The notes: generated by a model from the letters alone, not told the origin. Shown: positions 20,360 to 31,934, numbered from the stretch's first letter. The stretch is 64,000 nt of DNA from Vicinamibacteria bacterium (GCA_041485905.1 JBGPKK010000002.1:4484-68483), one strand, 5' to 3'. A program made the numbers and translations.

Positions 20360-20399
20360 GGTCGGGTAGGTCGGGTAGGTCGGGTAGGTCGGGTAGGTA
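20360..20399. repeat. perfect tandem repeat (GGTCGGGTA)x4 plus a partial unit
   Basis: Four exact 9-nt units at 20360-20395, followed by GGTA. It is preceded by the related unit GGCAGGTCG in another register. Intergenic between the protease stop and the GT4 start. Confidence 0.9.
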
Positions 20400-20409
20400 T
20401 GATGAGCAC

Positions 20410-21546
20410 GTGCGCATCGGCATAGACGCCCGGAAGCTGCGCGATTTCGGCATCGGCACCTACATTCGGAATCTGCTCCGGCAGCTCGCGCGGCTGGATC
20501 ACGACACGGAGTTCGTCCTCCTCTGCCGGCCACAGGATCGGCAGAGCCTGACATCGCTCGGCGAGAACTTCCGAACGGTCCCCGAAACGGCGCCCAATTA
20601 TTCGCTCGCCGAGCAAATCCATGTACCGTGGACCCTCAGGCGCGAAGGCGTCACGCTGTTTCACGCCCCGCATTACGTCCTGCCGCCGCTCGTGCGGTGC
20701 CGGTCGGTCGTGACGATCCACGACTGCATTCATCTGATGTTCCCGCAGTACCTACCGAACCGGTTCGCGCTTGCATATGCGCGAACGTCGATCACGATGG
20801 CGGCGAGGCGGGCCAATCGCGTGCTGACCGTCTCCGAGAGCTCGAAACGCGACATCCTGCGCTTCGTCGACGTGCCAGCCGACAGGATCGACGTCATCTA
20901 CAACGCGTACGACGAACGGTTCGGCGTGGAGCCGCGCGAAGAGGACGTGGTCCGCGTCAGAGAGCGCTACCAGCTCCACGACGAGTTCGTGTTGTACGCC
21001 GGCAATGTGAAACCGCACAAGAATCTCGCGCGCCTGATCGAGGCCTTCCACCTCGTGCGCAGCCGCGGCCTCGACCACCTGAAGCTCGTGCTCATCGGCG
21101 ACGAGATTTCCAGGTACGCCGCGCTCCGCCGGGCCGTGCACCGTTATCAGCTGCACAAGTACGTGCGGTTTCTCGGCTATCTGCCGGAGGAAACGCTCGC
21201 GGTGATGTACAGGCTCGCTGGCGTATTCGTGTTTCCGTCGCTCTACGAGGGATTCGGCCTTCCGCCCCTGGAAGCGATGGCCAGCGGCACACCGGTCGTG
21301 ACGTCGAATGTGTCGTCGCTGCCAGAAGTGGCCGGCGACGCCGCGCTGCTCGTGGATCCGTACGATCCGAGCGCAATCGCGGACGGGATCTACAAGGTGC
21401 TTACCGACGAGACACTCCGCCGCGACCTCCGGCAGAAGGGCCTCGCACGGGCACGGCAGTTCTCCTGGGAAGATTCGGTACGGCGCGTTCGGGAAATCTA
21501 CGGTGAAGTCGCGAACGAACCGACACGCGAGAAGTCTCATGTCTGA
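20410..21546 (+). CDS. glycosyltransferase family 4 (GT-B)
   Basis: GTG at 20410 gives [10 protein letters not shown], parallel to the MRIGIDARE start of the GT at 16920. [19 protein letters not shown] motif. Confidence 0.85.
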   Translation: MRIGIDARKLRDFGIGTYIRNLLRQLARLDHDTEFVLLCRPQDRQSLTSLGENFRTVPETAPNYSLAEQIHVPWTLRREGVTLFHAPHYVLPPLVRCRSVVTIHDCIHLMFPQYLPNRFALAYARTSITMAARRANRVLTVSESSKRDILRFVDVPADRIDVIYNAYDERFGVEPREEDVVRVRERYQLHDEFVLYAGNVKPHKNLARLIEAFHLVRSRGLDHLKLVLIGDEISRYAALRRAVHRYQLHKYVRFLGYLPEETLAVMYRLAGVFVFPSLYEGFGLPPLEAMASGTPVVTSNVSSLPEVAGDAALLVDPYDPSAIADGIYKVLTDETLRRDLRQKGLARARQFSWEDSVRRVREIYGEVANEPTREKSHV

Positions 21547-21597
21547 AGTCGCAAGTCTCAAACGTGTTCAGACTTCAGACCTCACGCTTGAGACTTG
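21531..21597. repeat. interleaved complementary 10-mers (A-B-A'-B' order)
   Basis: GTCTGAAGTC (21541-50) pairs with GACTTCAGAC (21571-80). CAAGTCTCAA (21552-61) pairs with TTGAGACTTG (21588-97). Both pairs are perfect. An extra AAGTCTCA copy lies at 21532-39. Confidence 0.65.
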
Positions 21598-21603
21598 TGT
21601 CAG

Positions 21604-22728
21604 ATGCCAAGAGTAGCGATCGTCCACGACTGGCTGACCGGGATGCGCGGCGGCGAAAAGGTGCTCGAAGCGCTGTGCGAGCGATACCCGCACGCCGAGT
21701 TGTTCACCTTGCTCCACGTTCGCGGATCGGTATCGCCGATCATCGAGCGGGCACCCATCCATCGCTCGCTCCTGCAGCATCTGCCCGGAGTTGCACGCTA
21801 TTACCGCCGGTGTCTGCCGCTGTTTCCCGCGCTGGTGGAACACTTCGACCTCGAACGCTTCGATCTGGTCATCAGCAGCAGCCACTGCGTGGTGAAGTCC
21901 GTCATCGTCGGCCCCAAGACGATGCACATCTGCTATTGCCACACGCCGATGCGCTACGCCTGGGATCAGTTTGACGCGTACTTCGGCCCGGAGCGCGTGG
22001 GGTCGGTGGCCAGCCAGCTGGCGCGCCCGGTGATGGCGGCGCTCGCCCGGTGGGATCGCGCGACCTCGGGACGCGCACACCGCTATGTCACGAACTCACA
22101 ACATGTTGCGCGGAGGATCCGCCGATATTATAATCGCGAGGCCAGCGTGGTATATCCGCCCGTCGATATCGATTTCTTCAAGCCAGACGCGTCGGTTCCA
22201 GTCACAGGGGGTTGCCTGATCGTGTCTGCGCTCGTCCCCTACAAGCGGGTCGAGGTCGCTATCGACGCGTGCCGCCTTGCCAGTGTGCCCCTCACCATTG
22301 TCGGAAACGGTCCGGACCGCCCAAGACTGGAGCGCTTCGCGACCGAGTCGCGGGCGAACGCGACGTTTCTCGGCCGGCTTCCCGACGAAGAAGTCCGCAC
22401 TCAGTACCACCGCGCATCGCTCGTGCTGATGCCGGGCGAGGAAGACTTCGGCATCGTTCCGGTCGAGGCGCAGGCGTGCGGCCGCCCGGTGGTCGCGCTG
22501 AACCGGGGCGGCGCGTCCGAGACCATCGTGCCTGATGAGACCGGCGTCCTCGTCGACGAGCCGACGCCGCGCGCGTTCGCGGATGCCATTCGATATGCGC
22601 TGACCCGCCGGTTCGACTCGGAGCGGATCCGACAGCATGCCGAGCGGTTTGGCCGCCGCCGTTTCGGAGACGAGATCGAAGCGATCGTGGACGACACGAT
22701 GCGCGCGGGAGCGAATCGGGCATGGTGA
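21604..22728 (+). CDS. glycosyltransferase family 4 (GT-B)
   Basis: ATG at 21604 (MPRVAIVHDWLTGMRGGEKV). EEDFGIVPVEAQACGRPVVA motif. Confidence 0.85.
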   Translation: MPRVAIVHDWLTGMRGGEKVLEALCERYPHAELFTLLHVRGSVSPIIERAPIHRSLLQHLPGVARYYRRCLPLFPALVEHFDLERFDLVISSSHCVVKSVIVGPKTMHICYCHTPMRYAWDQFDAYFGPERVGSVASQLARPVMAALARWDRATSGRAHRYVTNSQHVARRIRRYYNREASVVYPPVDIDFFKPDASVPVTGGCLIVSALVPYKRVEVAIDACRLASVPLTIVGNGPDRPRLERFATESRANATFLGRLPDEEVRTQYHRASLVLMPGEEDFGIVPVEAQACGRPVVALNRGGASETIVPDETGVLVDEPTPRAFADAIRYALTRRFDSERIRQHAERFGRRRFGDEIEAIVDDTMRAGANRAW

Positions 22729-24161
22729 GACGGCATAATCGTCTGCTGATCGCCTTCCATGTCATCTCCGACTCCAGTCTCGGCCTCATGGCCTTCCTCC
22801 TCGCGTACCTGCTGCGGTTCCAAACGGGGCTGATTCCGATCACCAAGGGTATCCCGCCGCTGCGCCAGTACATCAACCTGATGCCCTTGGTCGCGATTCT
22901 GGTGCCGCTGGCGTTTCAGCTCCAGGGTCTCTATCGCCTGCGACGCGGCCGCTCGCGCGTGGACGATTTCTTCGCCGTCTTCGTCGGCAGCATCCTCGCC
23001 GTCGTCTTCGGCGTTGTCGCGACCCTCTACGTTCAGACCTATTTCGCCGACGCCGCCGCCAGAGATCGTGGCGCGTACGAAGTGTCCCAGTTCGTATGGG
23101 CCATCTTCATCGTCGTCAACACCGGTCTGGCGTACGGATCGCGCGAGCTTGTACGCGACATGCTCGAGCGCCGCTGGCGCGCGGGCATCGGCCTCAAACG
23201 GATTCTGATCGCGGGCTCGGGCGAGCTGGGCCGTCTGGTCGCCGACAAGATCCTCGAGCATCGCGAGCTCGGTTACCAGATTGTCGGCTTCGTCGACGAC
23301 CGTGCGGCCGGGGACCACCTCGGGTACCGCGGCCTGCCGCTCCTCGGCACGATCGAAGACGCCGTCGAGGTCGCGCACCGAGAGGCCATCGATCATCTCT
23401 ATGTCGCGCTGCCGCCGGACCAGCATCTTCGGATGATCGAGCTCATCGAGAACACCAGCCGCGAGGTGCTCGACGTGAAGGTCGTCCCCGATCTGCTGCA
23501 GGTGATCGCGTTGCGCGCCAGACTCGAGGATCTCGACGGCCTGCCGGTCATCAACGTGAACGACGGTCCGCTGCAGGGCTTCAACAGCGTCGTCAAGCGC
23601 ACGATCGACATCGCCATCTCGTCGGCCGCGCTGGCGGTCCTTGCCCTGCCGTTGGGCATCATCGCGCTCGTGGTCAGATTCACCTCGCCCGGCCCGGTCT
23701 TTTACCGGCAGGAGCGCATGGGACTGGACGGCAAGCCCTTCACCATCGTGAAGTTCCGATCGATGTACGACGATGCGGAGAGGGATACCGGGCCGGTGTG
23801 GGCGCAGCACAACGACCCGCGCGTCACGACGCTCGGCCGCTTCCTGCGCCGGTCCAATCTCGACGAGCTGCCGCAGCTCTGGAACGTGCTGACGGGCGAC
23901 ATGTCCATCGTCGGTCCGCGACCCGAACGCCCGCACTTCGTGAAGCAGTTCAAGCACCGCATCCCGCAATACATGCTGCGGCACAAGGTGAAGGCAGGGC
24001 TGACCGGGTGGGCGCAGGTGAACGGCTGGCGCGGAAACACCCCGCTCGAGAAGCGTATCGAGTACGATCTTTACTACATCGAGAACTGGTCGGTGCGCCT
24101 GGACCTGAAGATCATGTGGCTCACCGTCATCAAAGGCTTCTTCCACAAGCACGCCTACTAA
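22722..24161 (+). CDS. exopolysaccharide priming polyprenyl glycosylphosphotransferase (WcaJ/EpsB-like bacterial sugar transferase)
   Basis: 479 aa. Four or five N-terminal TMs, a central Rossmann-like segment, and the C-terminal sugar-transferase domain (KRTIDIAIS...PGPVFYRQERMG...FKFRSM...DELPQLWNVLTGDMSIVGPRP). ATGGTGA overlap with the upstream stop. Confidence 0.9.
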   Translation: MVRRHNRLLIAFHVISDSSLGLMAFLLAYLLRFQTGLIPITKGIPPLRQYINLMPLVAILVPLAFQLQGLYRLRRGRSRVDDFFAVFVGSILAVVFGVVATLYVQTYFADAAARDRGAYEVSQFVWAIFIVVNTGLAYGSRELVRDMLERRWRAGIGLKRILIAGSGELGRLVADKILEHRELGYQIVGFVDDRAAGDHLGYRGLPLLGTIEDAVEVAHREAIDHLYVALPPDQHLRMIELIENTSREVLDVKVVPDLLQVIALRARLEDLDGLPVINVNDGPLQGFNSVVKRTIDIAISSAALAVLALPLGIIALVVRFTSPGPVFYRQERMGLDGKPFTIVKFRSMYDDAERDTGPVWAQHNDPRVTTLGRFLRRSNLDELPQLWNVLTGDMSIVGPRPERPHFVKQFKHRIPQYMLRHKVKAGLTGWAQVNGWRGNTPLEKRIEYDLYYIENWSVRLDLKIMWLTVIKGFFHKHAY

Positions 24162-24197
24162 CGTAGTCGGCAGCCATCAGTCGCGGTCAAGCCATCC

Positions 24198-25142
24198 ATG
24201 ACAAAACGCGTCGTGATCACCGGTGCGGCGGGGTTCATCGGTTCTCATCTGGCCGAAACGCTTCTCGACCGCGGCTATTCGGTGACCGGCATCGACAATC
24301 TCCTGACGGGCGACACGGCGAACATCTCGCATCTCGTCAGCCGCGATTTCACGTTCATCAAACACGACGTCACCAATTACATCTACATCGACGGCCCGGT
24401 GGATTTCGTCCTGCACTGGGCGAGTCCGGCCAGCCCGATCGATTACCTCGAGCTGCCGATCCCCACGCTCAAAGTGGGCGCGCTCGGCACGCACAAGGCG
24501 CTGGGGCTGGCCAAAGCCAAAGGCGCCCGCTTTGTTCTCGCCTCGACGTCCGAGGTGTACGGCGATCCACTGGAGCATCCCCAGAAGGAGTCCTACTGGG
24601 GCAACGTGAACCCGATCGGGCCGCGTGGGGTGTACGACGAAGCGAAGCGCTTCGCCGAGGCGATGACCGTCGCCTACCACCGCTACCATGGCCTCGATAC
24701 GAAGATCGTGCGCATCTTCAACACGTACGGGCCCCGCATGCGCGTCAACGACGGGCGCGCGGTGCCGGCGTTCATCTCCCAGGCGCTGCGCAACGAAGAC
24801 GTCACGGTGTTCGGCGATGGATCGCAGAGCCGAAGTTTCACCTATATCACCGATCTCGTCGACGGCATCATCAAGTTGATGCTGTCGGACGTGAACGATC
24901 CGGTCAATATCGGCAATCCGCGCGAGATGACGATCGAGGAGATCGCCAAGACAATCATCCAGATGATCGGCGCCACCAGCAAGATCATCTACAAGCCGCT
25001 TCCGACCGACGATCCGAAAGTCCGCCAGCCCGATATCACCCGGGCGCGCACGCTGCTCAAGTGGGAGCCCAAGGTCCCGCTCGAAGAGGGGCTCGTCAAG
25101 ACCATCGACTATTTCAGGACCAAAATCACACCGCGCACATGA
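24198..25142 (+). CDS. UDP-glucuronate decarboxylase (UDP-xylose synthase)-like SDR
   Basis: 314 aa. [13 protein letters not shown] Rossmann motif, YDEAKR catalytic motif, and strong overall resemblance to UXS enzymes. Pairs logically with ugd. Confidence 0.8.
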   Translation: MTKRVVITGAAGFIGSHLAETLLDRGYSVTGIDNLLTGDTANISHLVSRDFTFIKHDVTNYIYIDGPVDFVLHWASPASPIDYLELPIPTLKVGALGTHKALGLAKAKGARFVLASTSEVYGDPLEHPQKESYWGNVNPIGPRGVYDEAKRFAEAMTVAYHRYHGLDTKIVRIFNTYGPRMRVNDGRAVPAFISQALRNEDVTVFGDGSQSRSFTYITDLVDGIIKLMLSDVNDPVNIGNPREMTIEEIAKTIIQMIGATSKIIYKPLPTDDPKVRQPDITRARTLLKWEPKVPLEEGLVKTIDYFRTKITPRT

Positions 25143-26869
25143 CCCTTCCATTGGTCACGTGGATTCTCATGGCGCTGTTGACGGCGCTCATGATTCCCGT
25201 CGCCGTGGCGGCCGCTCTCCGCTGGCACGCACGCCGAAGCCTTCTCGCCCAGGTTCGGGCCGCCTGGGGCCAGCCGCGGCAGCGGGATCGCAAGATGGAA
25301 GCGATCGCCGCGAACCACCGCTCACGAATCGAATCGGCTCCTGCCCGCGGCGCGCTGGACGATCGCACGTGGGACGATATGAACCTCGACGAGGTCTTTG
25401 CCAGGATCGATCGGACGGAAAGCACGTTAGGTCAGCAGGCGCTCTACCACCGGCTTCGCGCCGCGCCGGTCGCCGATAACCTCGACGCGTTCGAGGCCCT
25501 GGTGACCCGGATGACCGCGGATGCGCCGGATCGAGAGCGCGCGCAGATCGCCCTCGCGTTTCTACGCGACCCGCACGGATATGACCTGTGGTGGCTTGGG
25601 CGGCCAGACGGGGTGGAAATCCGGTCGTGGTACGTCATCTTTCCAATCCTCGCGGGCGGTATGCTCTCACTGCTGCTCCTGACCTCGGTGTGGCCGGGCG
25701 CACTCCCGGCATTGATCGCAGCGGTCGCGATCAACGTCATCGTTCGCCGCACGACAGATCGTCGGATCGGCGCCCTCGCGGCAGCGTTCCGACAGTTGGC
25801 CCCGCTGATCGCAACCGCCCAATCCCTCGACTTTCTCAACGGCCGCGAGATCGATCCGATCGTTGCCGCTATTGCTTCAGAGGCTCCCCGACTCGGACGT
25901 CTGAAGACGATCGCCCGATGGGTGAGCGGCGATCCGTTCATGCTGCCTCTCGATACCACCCTGGTCGTCGCGGCGACTGACGTTGCCACGGTGATTTACG
26001 AATACTTCAATCTCTTTTTTCTTCTCGACGCGAACGCGGTGTACTTCGGTGCGGCGGAGCTCCGCTCGCGCGCTCCGTCACTGCTTCGGGTGATCGCGGC
26101 CGTCGGCGAAGTGGACGCCGCCATCAGCGTTGCATCGTTCCGGACGGACACCGCACACTGGACGCGACCTCAGTTCCTGCCAGCGGGCTCACGGGCCGTC
26201 CTCTCGGACCTGCGCCATCCGCTCATCGACGAGGCCGTGCCGAATTCAATAACCGTTGGACCGCCGCACGGCATTCTGGTGACCGGTTCGAACATGTCGG
26301 GCAAGACGACCTTTCTCCGCACGCTGGGGGTCTCGGCCGTGCTTGCGCAAACGATCAATACCTGCCTCGCAACCGAGTACGCCGCGCCTGTCTTTCACGT
26401 GCGAAGCTGCATCGGACGCGCTGACGATCTCCTACACGGCAAGAGCTACTACATCGTCGAGGTGGAGGCGGTGTTGGCACTGCTACGTGCGAGCCGCTCG
26501 CCAGAGCCGCATCTGTTCTTGTTCGACGAGCTGTTCCGCGGGACGAACGCGGTCGAGCGAATCGCCGCCGCGGAAGCCGTGCTGGATGAACTTCTCAGGA
26601 GAAAGCGACACGTTGTCGTGGCCGCGACGCACGACGGCGAGCTCGTTGCTCTCTTGCGCGAGAGCTACGTGCCGTACCACTTCACCGACACGCTCGGTAT
26701 AGACGGCCTCGTCTTCGAATACCGTCTACAGGAAGGACCGGCGAGCACCCGTAACGCGATCGCGCTTCTTAAGCTGTACGGTGCGCCGGACGACCTCGTC
26801 TCGAGAGCGCTGGATCGAGCGGCCAGACTCGACCGGCAGCGCGAGCTGACCCAGCTGCCTTCCGGCTGA
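25139..26869 (+). CDS. membrane-anchored MutS-related ATPase (MutS domain V only)
   Basis: ATG at 25139 in an ATGA overlap with the previous stop. N-terminal and central TM segments. The C-terminal domain carries [13 protein letters not shown] (Walker A), FDELFRGTN and ATHD motifs of the MutS ATPase. No mismatch-binding domain is recognisable. Confidence 0.8.
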   Translation: MTLPLVTWILMALLTALMIPVAVAAALRWHARRSLLAQVRAAWGQPRQRDRKMEAIAANHRSRIESAPARGALDDRTWDDMNLDEVFARIDRTESTLGQQALYHRLRAAPVADNLDAFEALVTRMTADAPDRERAQIALAFLRDPHGYDLWWLGRPDGVEIRSWYVIFPILAGGMLSLLLLTSVWPGALPALIAAVAINVIVRRTTDRRIGALAAAFRQLAPLIATAQSLDFLNGREIDPIVAAIASEAPRLGRLKTIARWVSGDPFMLPLDTTLVVAATDVATVIYEYFNLFFLLDANAVYFGAAELRSRAPSLLRVIAAVGEVDAAISVASFRTDTAHWTRPQFLPAGSRAVLSDLRHPLIDEAVPNSITVGPPHGILVTGSNMSGKTTFLRTLGVSAVLAQTINTCLATEYAAPVFHVRSCIGRADDLLHGKSYYIVEVEAVLALLRASRSPEPHLFLFDELFRGTNAVERIAAAEAVLDELLRRKRHVVVAATHDGELVALLRESYVPYHFTDTLGIDGLVFEYRLQEGPASTRNAIALLKLYGAPDDLVSRALDRAARLDRQRELTQLPSG

Positions 26870-26965
26870 CCACCTCCGCCCAGGCTATGGCGGTCCGCCG
26901 GAGCATCAGCGAAGACGGATGACGGCGCCCCGTCCGCCTGCCGAGTGGCGTAGAATTTGACTCGA

Positions 26966-27415
26966 ATGGCCATGGAGTTCTATCAAGTCGACGACGACGG
27001 GCGGCTGTTCATTTCGGCCGTGATAGCGGATTGGGACGACGTGGCACAGCAGGGCATCGACGTCGTGATTGATCTCGAAGGCGGGCTCGACGAAGGCATC
27101 CCCAACGTCCCGAATCGCTGCCTCTACGTGTACTTTCCGATCGAGGACGACGATCAGCAACTCCCCAACCTCAGCAAGCTGCGAGCGATCGCGCGCATGG
27201 CCGCGTCGTTGATCGCAGAGGGGCATCGCGTGCTCTCGCACTGCAGCATGGGGTTCAACCGATCGGCGCTCCTGGCGGGTCTGATCCTGATGGAGCTTGG
27301 CATGTCCGGACCGCACGCCGTGGTCAGACTGCGCGAGCGCCGCGCCGGGGCGCTGTTCAACGAGATGTACGCGACGTTCCTCGAATCGCTCGGACCTGAC
27401 GCCGCTGGAGTGTGA
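26966..27415 (+). CDS. dual-specificity / tyrosine protein phosphatase-like protein
   Basis: About 149 aa with the HCSMGFNRS (HCx5R) active-site loop. Start is ATG 26966 (the track uses TTG 26957). Confidence 0.7.
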   Translation: MAMEFYQVDDDGRLFISAVIADWDDVAQQGIDVVIDLEGGLDEGIPNVPNRCLYVYFPIEDDDQQLPNLSKLRAIARMAASLIAEGHRVLSHCSMGFNRSALLAGLILMELGMSGPHAVVRLRERRAGALFNEMYATFLESLGPDAAGV

Positions 27416-27419
27416 AGCT

Positions 27420-27647
27420 GTGGATCATCCGGATCTTGTCGTCGTTCGCACGTTCCTGAACAATTTCGACGCCGAGCTCGCGAAAAGCGCGCTGGAGGCC
27501 GCACAGATCGACTCGATGATCCGCGCGGACGACATGGGCGGAATGCGACCGAGTCTGTGGGTCGGTGGCGTCGAGCTCGTCGTCAGAGCGGATGACGCCG
27601 AGCGGGCGAATGAAATCCTGGGCGATGGGCCCCAGACGGCCGCGTGA
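27420..27647 (+). CDS. DUF2007-like small putative signal-transducing protein
   Basis: GTG at 27420. The 75-aa product VDHPDLVVVRTF...ELAKSALEAAQI...VELVVRADDAERANEILG has the two-lobed pattern I associate with DUF2007. Confidence 0.5.
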   Translation: MDHPDLVVVRTFLNNFDAELAKSALEAAQIDSMIRADDMGGMRPSLWVGGVELVVRADDAERANEILGDGPQTAA

Positions 27648-27662
27648 GGCCACGTTAACGAA

Positions 27663-29015
27663 ATGCCGAGAACGCGGTCACCAGCGGCCTTCGCGCTGCT
27701 GTTGCTACTGTGCGGCCATTCCCCACTGCGCGCGCAGGACGATTCACGACAGTCCACGGCTCGCGCTCGCGCGGTTGATGTCGTCCACTACGACGTCGAG
27801 ATTGAGCCTGACCTTGCCCGCAAGAGCGTTTCGGGGAAAGTAGTCGTTCGCCTCGTCACACACGCTGATGCCGTCGCCTCTGTGACATTCGACTGCGGGG
27901 ACCTGACAGTCGATTCCGTTCGTAGCCGCGGACGACAGCTGGTCTTTCGGCAGCAGGACCACCGGCTTATCGTTAGGTTGTGGGCTCCGGCGAAGGCGCA
28001 CGAAACGCAGAGCATCGAAATCCAGTACCACGGTAGTCCACAGCGCGGCCTTAGCTTCTTCGTTGATACCGGGCAGATCTATACCGCCTTTTCAACGAGT
28101 CAGTGGATGGTCTGCGTCGACGCGCCGGACAACAAGGCGACCATCCGTCTCGCCCTGATTGTGCCGGCGTCGTGGGTGGTGGTGGCGAATGGTCACCTGG
28201 TCCACAAGCGGTCGCTTTCCAACGACCGAATGCTCCATCAGTTTCGCCAGGACAGACCGGTTCCCAGCTACACGTTCGGGTTCGCCGCCGGGCGCTTCCA
28301 AACGTTCGTGGAGAAGAGTGGAACCGTGCAGTTGCGCTATATGGCGAGCGGCATCCCGGAGGGAGAGGTGCGTCGTGTGCTTCGCGACACCTCGGACATG
28401 CTGGCGTTTTTCCAATCGCGTGCGGGTCTGAAGTACCTCGATTCGAGCTACACGCAAGTGCTCGCCGCCGGCACGCCACAGCAGGAGATGACCGGTTTCT
28501 CGCTGCTGCCCGATTCGTATGCGGCGTGGGTGCTTCAACACGACCAGGATGTGACGCTGGGCGCTCACGAACTTGCGCATCAGTGGTGGGGCAACCGCGT
28601 GACGTGCCGTGATTGGACGCATTTCTGGTTGAACGAAGGCACGGCGACGTTCATGGCCGCGGCCTACATCGAGCATCGATTCGGTCGAGCGGAGTACCTG
28701 CGACTCATTGAAGAATATCGACTGAGCTACGAGCGTGTGCGCGCCGGAGGGAAGGACAAGCCGCTTGTCTTCCAAGACTGGGTGCGTCCGACAGCTGACG
28801 ATCGGACGCTCGTGTACCGTAAGGGCGCCTTCGTCCTGCACCTGCTGCGCGAGGAATTAGGCGACGCTGCGTTCTGGGCAGGCGTTCGCGCCTACACGCG
28901 CATGTACGATGGCCAGTCGGTCACCACCGCTGACCTTCAAGCAGCCATGGAACGAACGGCTGGCAGAAGCCTCTCCGGGTTCTTCTCGCGGTGGGTGTAC
29001 GGGAGGCAGCCGTAG
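27663..29015 (+). CDS. M1-family zinc aminopeptidase (secreted)
   Basis: 450 aa with a signal peptide. HELAHQWWGN zinc motif followed by the WLNEG glutamate. Confidence 0.85.
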   Translation: MPRTRSPAAFALLLLLCGHSPLRAQDDSRQSTARARAVDVVHYDVEIEPDLARKSVSGKVVVRLVTHADAVASVTFDCGDLTVDSVRSRGRQLVFRQQDHRLIVRLWAPAKAHETQSIEIQYHGSPQRGLSFFVDTGQIYTAFSTSQWMVCVDAPDNKATIRLALIVPASWVVVANGHLVHKRSLSNDRMLHQFRQDRPVPSYTFGFAAGRFQTFVEKSGTVQLRYMASGIPEGEVRRVLRDTSDMLAFFQSRAGLKYLDSSYTQVLAAGTPQQEMTGFSLLPDSYAAWVLQHDQDVTLGAHELAHQWWGNRVTCRDWTHFWLNEGTATFMAAAYIEHRFGRAEYLRLIEEYRLSYERVRAGGKDKPLVFQDWVRPTADDRTLVYRKGAFVLHLLREELGDAAFWAGVRAYTRMYDGQSVTTADLQAAMERTAGRSLSGFFSRWVYGRQP

Positions 29016-29054
29016 ACCTGAGCGCGGTTGACCAGACCTACTCGACCGACCTGA

Positions 29055-30728
<1,674 letters not shown>

Positions 30729-30746
30729 AGGGGATGCGTGAAATTT

Positions 30747-30850
30747 TAGATTGAAGACTGCAGATTGAAGATTTAAGCGAAGATGCCGGACTGAAGATCT
30801 CGGATAATCTTAGGTCAAATCTTCAATCTACAATCTGAAATCTTCAATTT
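30747..30850. repeat. AT-rich unit-built palindrome filling the ettA-dinB divergent spacer
   Basis: AGATTGAAGATTT (30762-74) is perfectly complementary to AAATCTTCAATCT (30817-29). TAGATTGAAGA (30747-57) is complementary to 30820-30. AAATCTTCAAT repeats at 30838-48. CAGATTG pairs with CAATCTG. Confidence 0.7.
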
Positions 30851-30851
30851 C

Positions 30852-31934
30852 ATGGTCCGCCGCATCCTTCACGTCGACATGGACGCGTTCTACGCGTCGG
30901 TGGAACAGCGCGACAATCCGGATCTTCGGGGCAAGCCGCTCGCCGTCGGCGGGCAGGCCAATCGCCGCGGCGTCGTCGCCGCCGCAAGCTATGAGGCGCG
31001 GACGTTCGGCGTCCGGTCGGCCATGTCGATGGCCACGGCCGTGCGCCTGTGTCCTACGCTCGCGATCGTGCCGCCAGATTTCGCGCGATACAAGGCGGTC
31101 TCGACGATCGTCTTCTCGATCTTTCGCGAGGTCACGCCGCTGGTCGAGCCGCTATCGCTCGACGAGGCCTATCTCGACGTGACCGAAAACGCGTGGGGCG
31201 AAGCGCTGGCCACGCCGGTGGCGCGGCGGTTGAAGGACCGCATTCGCGCGGAGACCGGACTGACGGCGTCTGCGGGCGTGGCGCCCAACAAGTTCCTGGC
31301 GAAGATTGCGTCGGGTTGGAAGAAGCCCGATGGCCTCACCGTCATCAGCCCCGATCGCGTCGAGCCGTTCCTCCAGCAGCTGCCGGTCGACGCGCTGTGG
31401 GGCGTGGGACCGGTCACCGCGCGCAGGCTGCGCGCGCGCGGCATCGAGAGACTCGTGGACGTTCGCTCGACCGACGTCCACGTGCTGCGCGAGACGGTGG
31501 GGAGTCTGGCCGACTGGCTGCGCGCGTTGGCACACGGCATCGACGACCGGCCGGTCGTGGCCAACCGGCCCGCCAAGTCGTCCGGCAGCGAGAACACCTA
31601 CCCGGAGGACCTCCTCGATCTCGACATGATGCGCCGTGAGATCGGCGCCATGGCCGAACACGCGGTCAGCTGGCTGGCGCGCAAGCAGTTATTGGCGCGC
31701 ACGGTAACCATCAAAGTGCGTTATTCCGATTTCACGACCGTGACGCGCAGCCACACGACATCGCCGACGCGCGACGCGCCGGACGTCGCCGCACGAGCGG
31801 TACACCTGCTGGCAAAGACCGATGCGGGGACGCGCCCGGTCCGTCTCCTGGGCGTGAGCGTCCACAATTTCTGCGGCGAAACGGACGTCGCAAGCCAGAG
31901 CGATCGATTGCCGTTCTCGAGCGACGAGGAGTGA
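30852..31934 (+). CDS. dinB: DNA polymerase IV (Y-family)
   Basis: 360 aa. ILHVDMDAFYASVE start, SLDEAYLDV motif and little-finger domain. Confidence 0.95.
   Translation: MVRRILHVDMDAFYASVEQRDNPDLRGKPLAVGGQANRRGVVAAASYEARTFGVRSAMSMATAVRLCPTLAIVPPDFARYKAVSTIVFSIFREVTPLVEPLSLDEAYLDVTENAWGEALATPVARRLKDRIRAETGLTASAGVAPNKFLAKIASGWKKPDGLTVISPDRVEPFLQQLPVDALWGVGPVTARRLRARGIERLVDVRSTDVHVLRETVGSLADWLRALAHGIDDRPVVANRPAKSSGSENTYPEDLLDLDMMRREIGAMAEHAVSWLARKQLLARTVTIKVRYSDFTTVTRSHTTSPTRDAPDVAARAVHLLAKTDAGTRPVRLLGVSVHNFCGETDVASQSDRLPFSSDEE

Noticed and set aside
20360-20399. Possible CRISPR or other spaced repeat array.
   Set aside because: The units are 9 nt, directly abutting with no spacers, and no cas genes are nearby. 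It is a minisatellite, not a CRISPR array.
30729-30851. LexA/SOS box upstream of dinB.
   Set aside because: No CTGT-N8-ACAG-type or GTTC-N7-GTTC-type motif is visible. The palindrome present is a different, AT-rich unit repeat. Regulation by LexA cannot be asserted.
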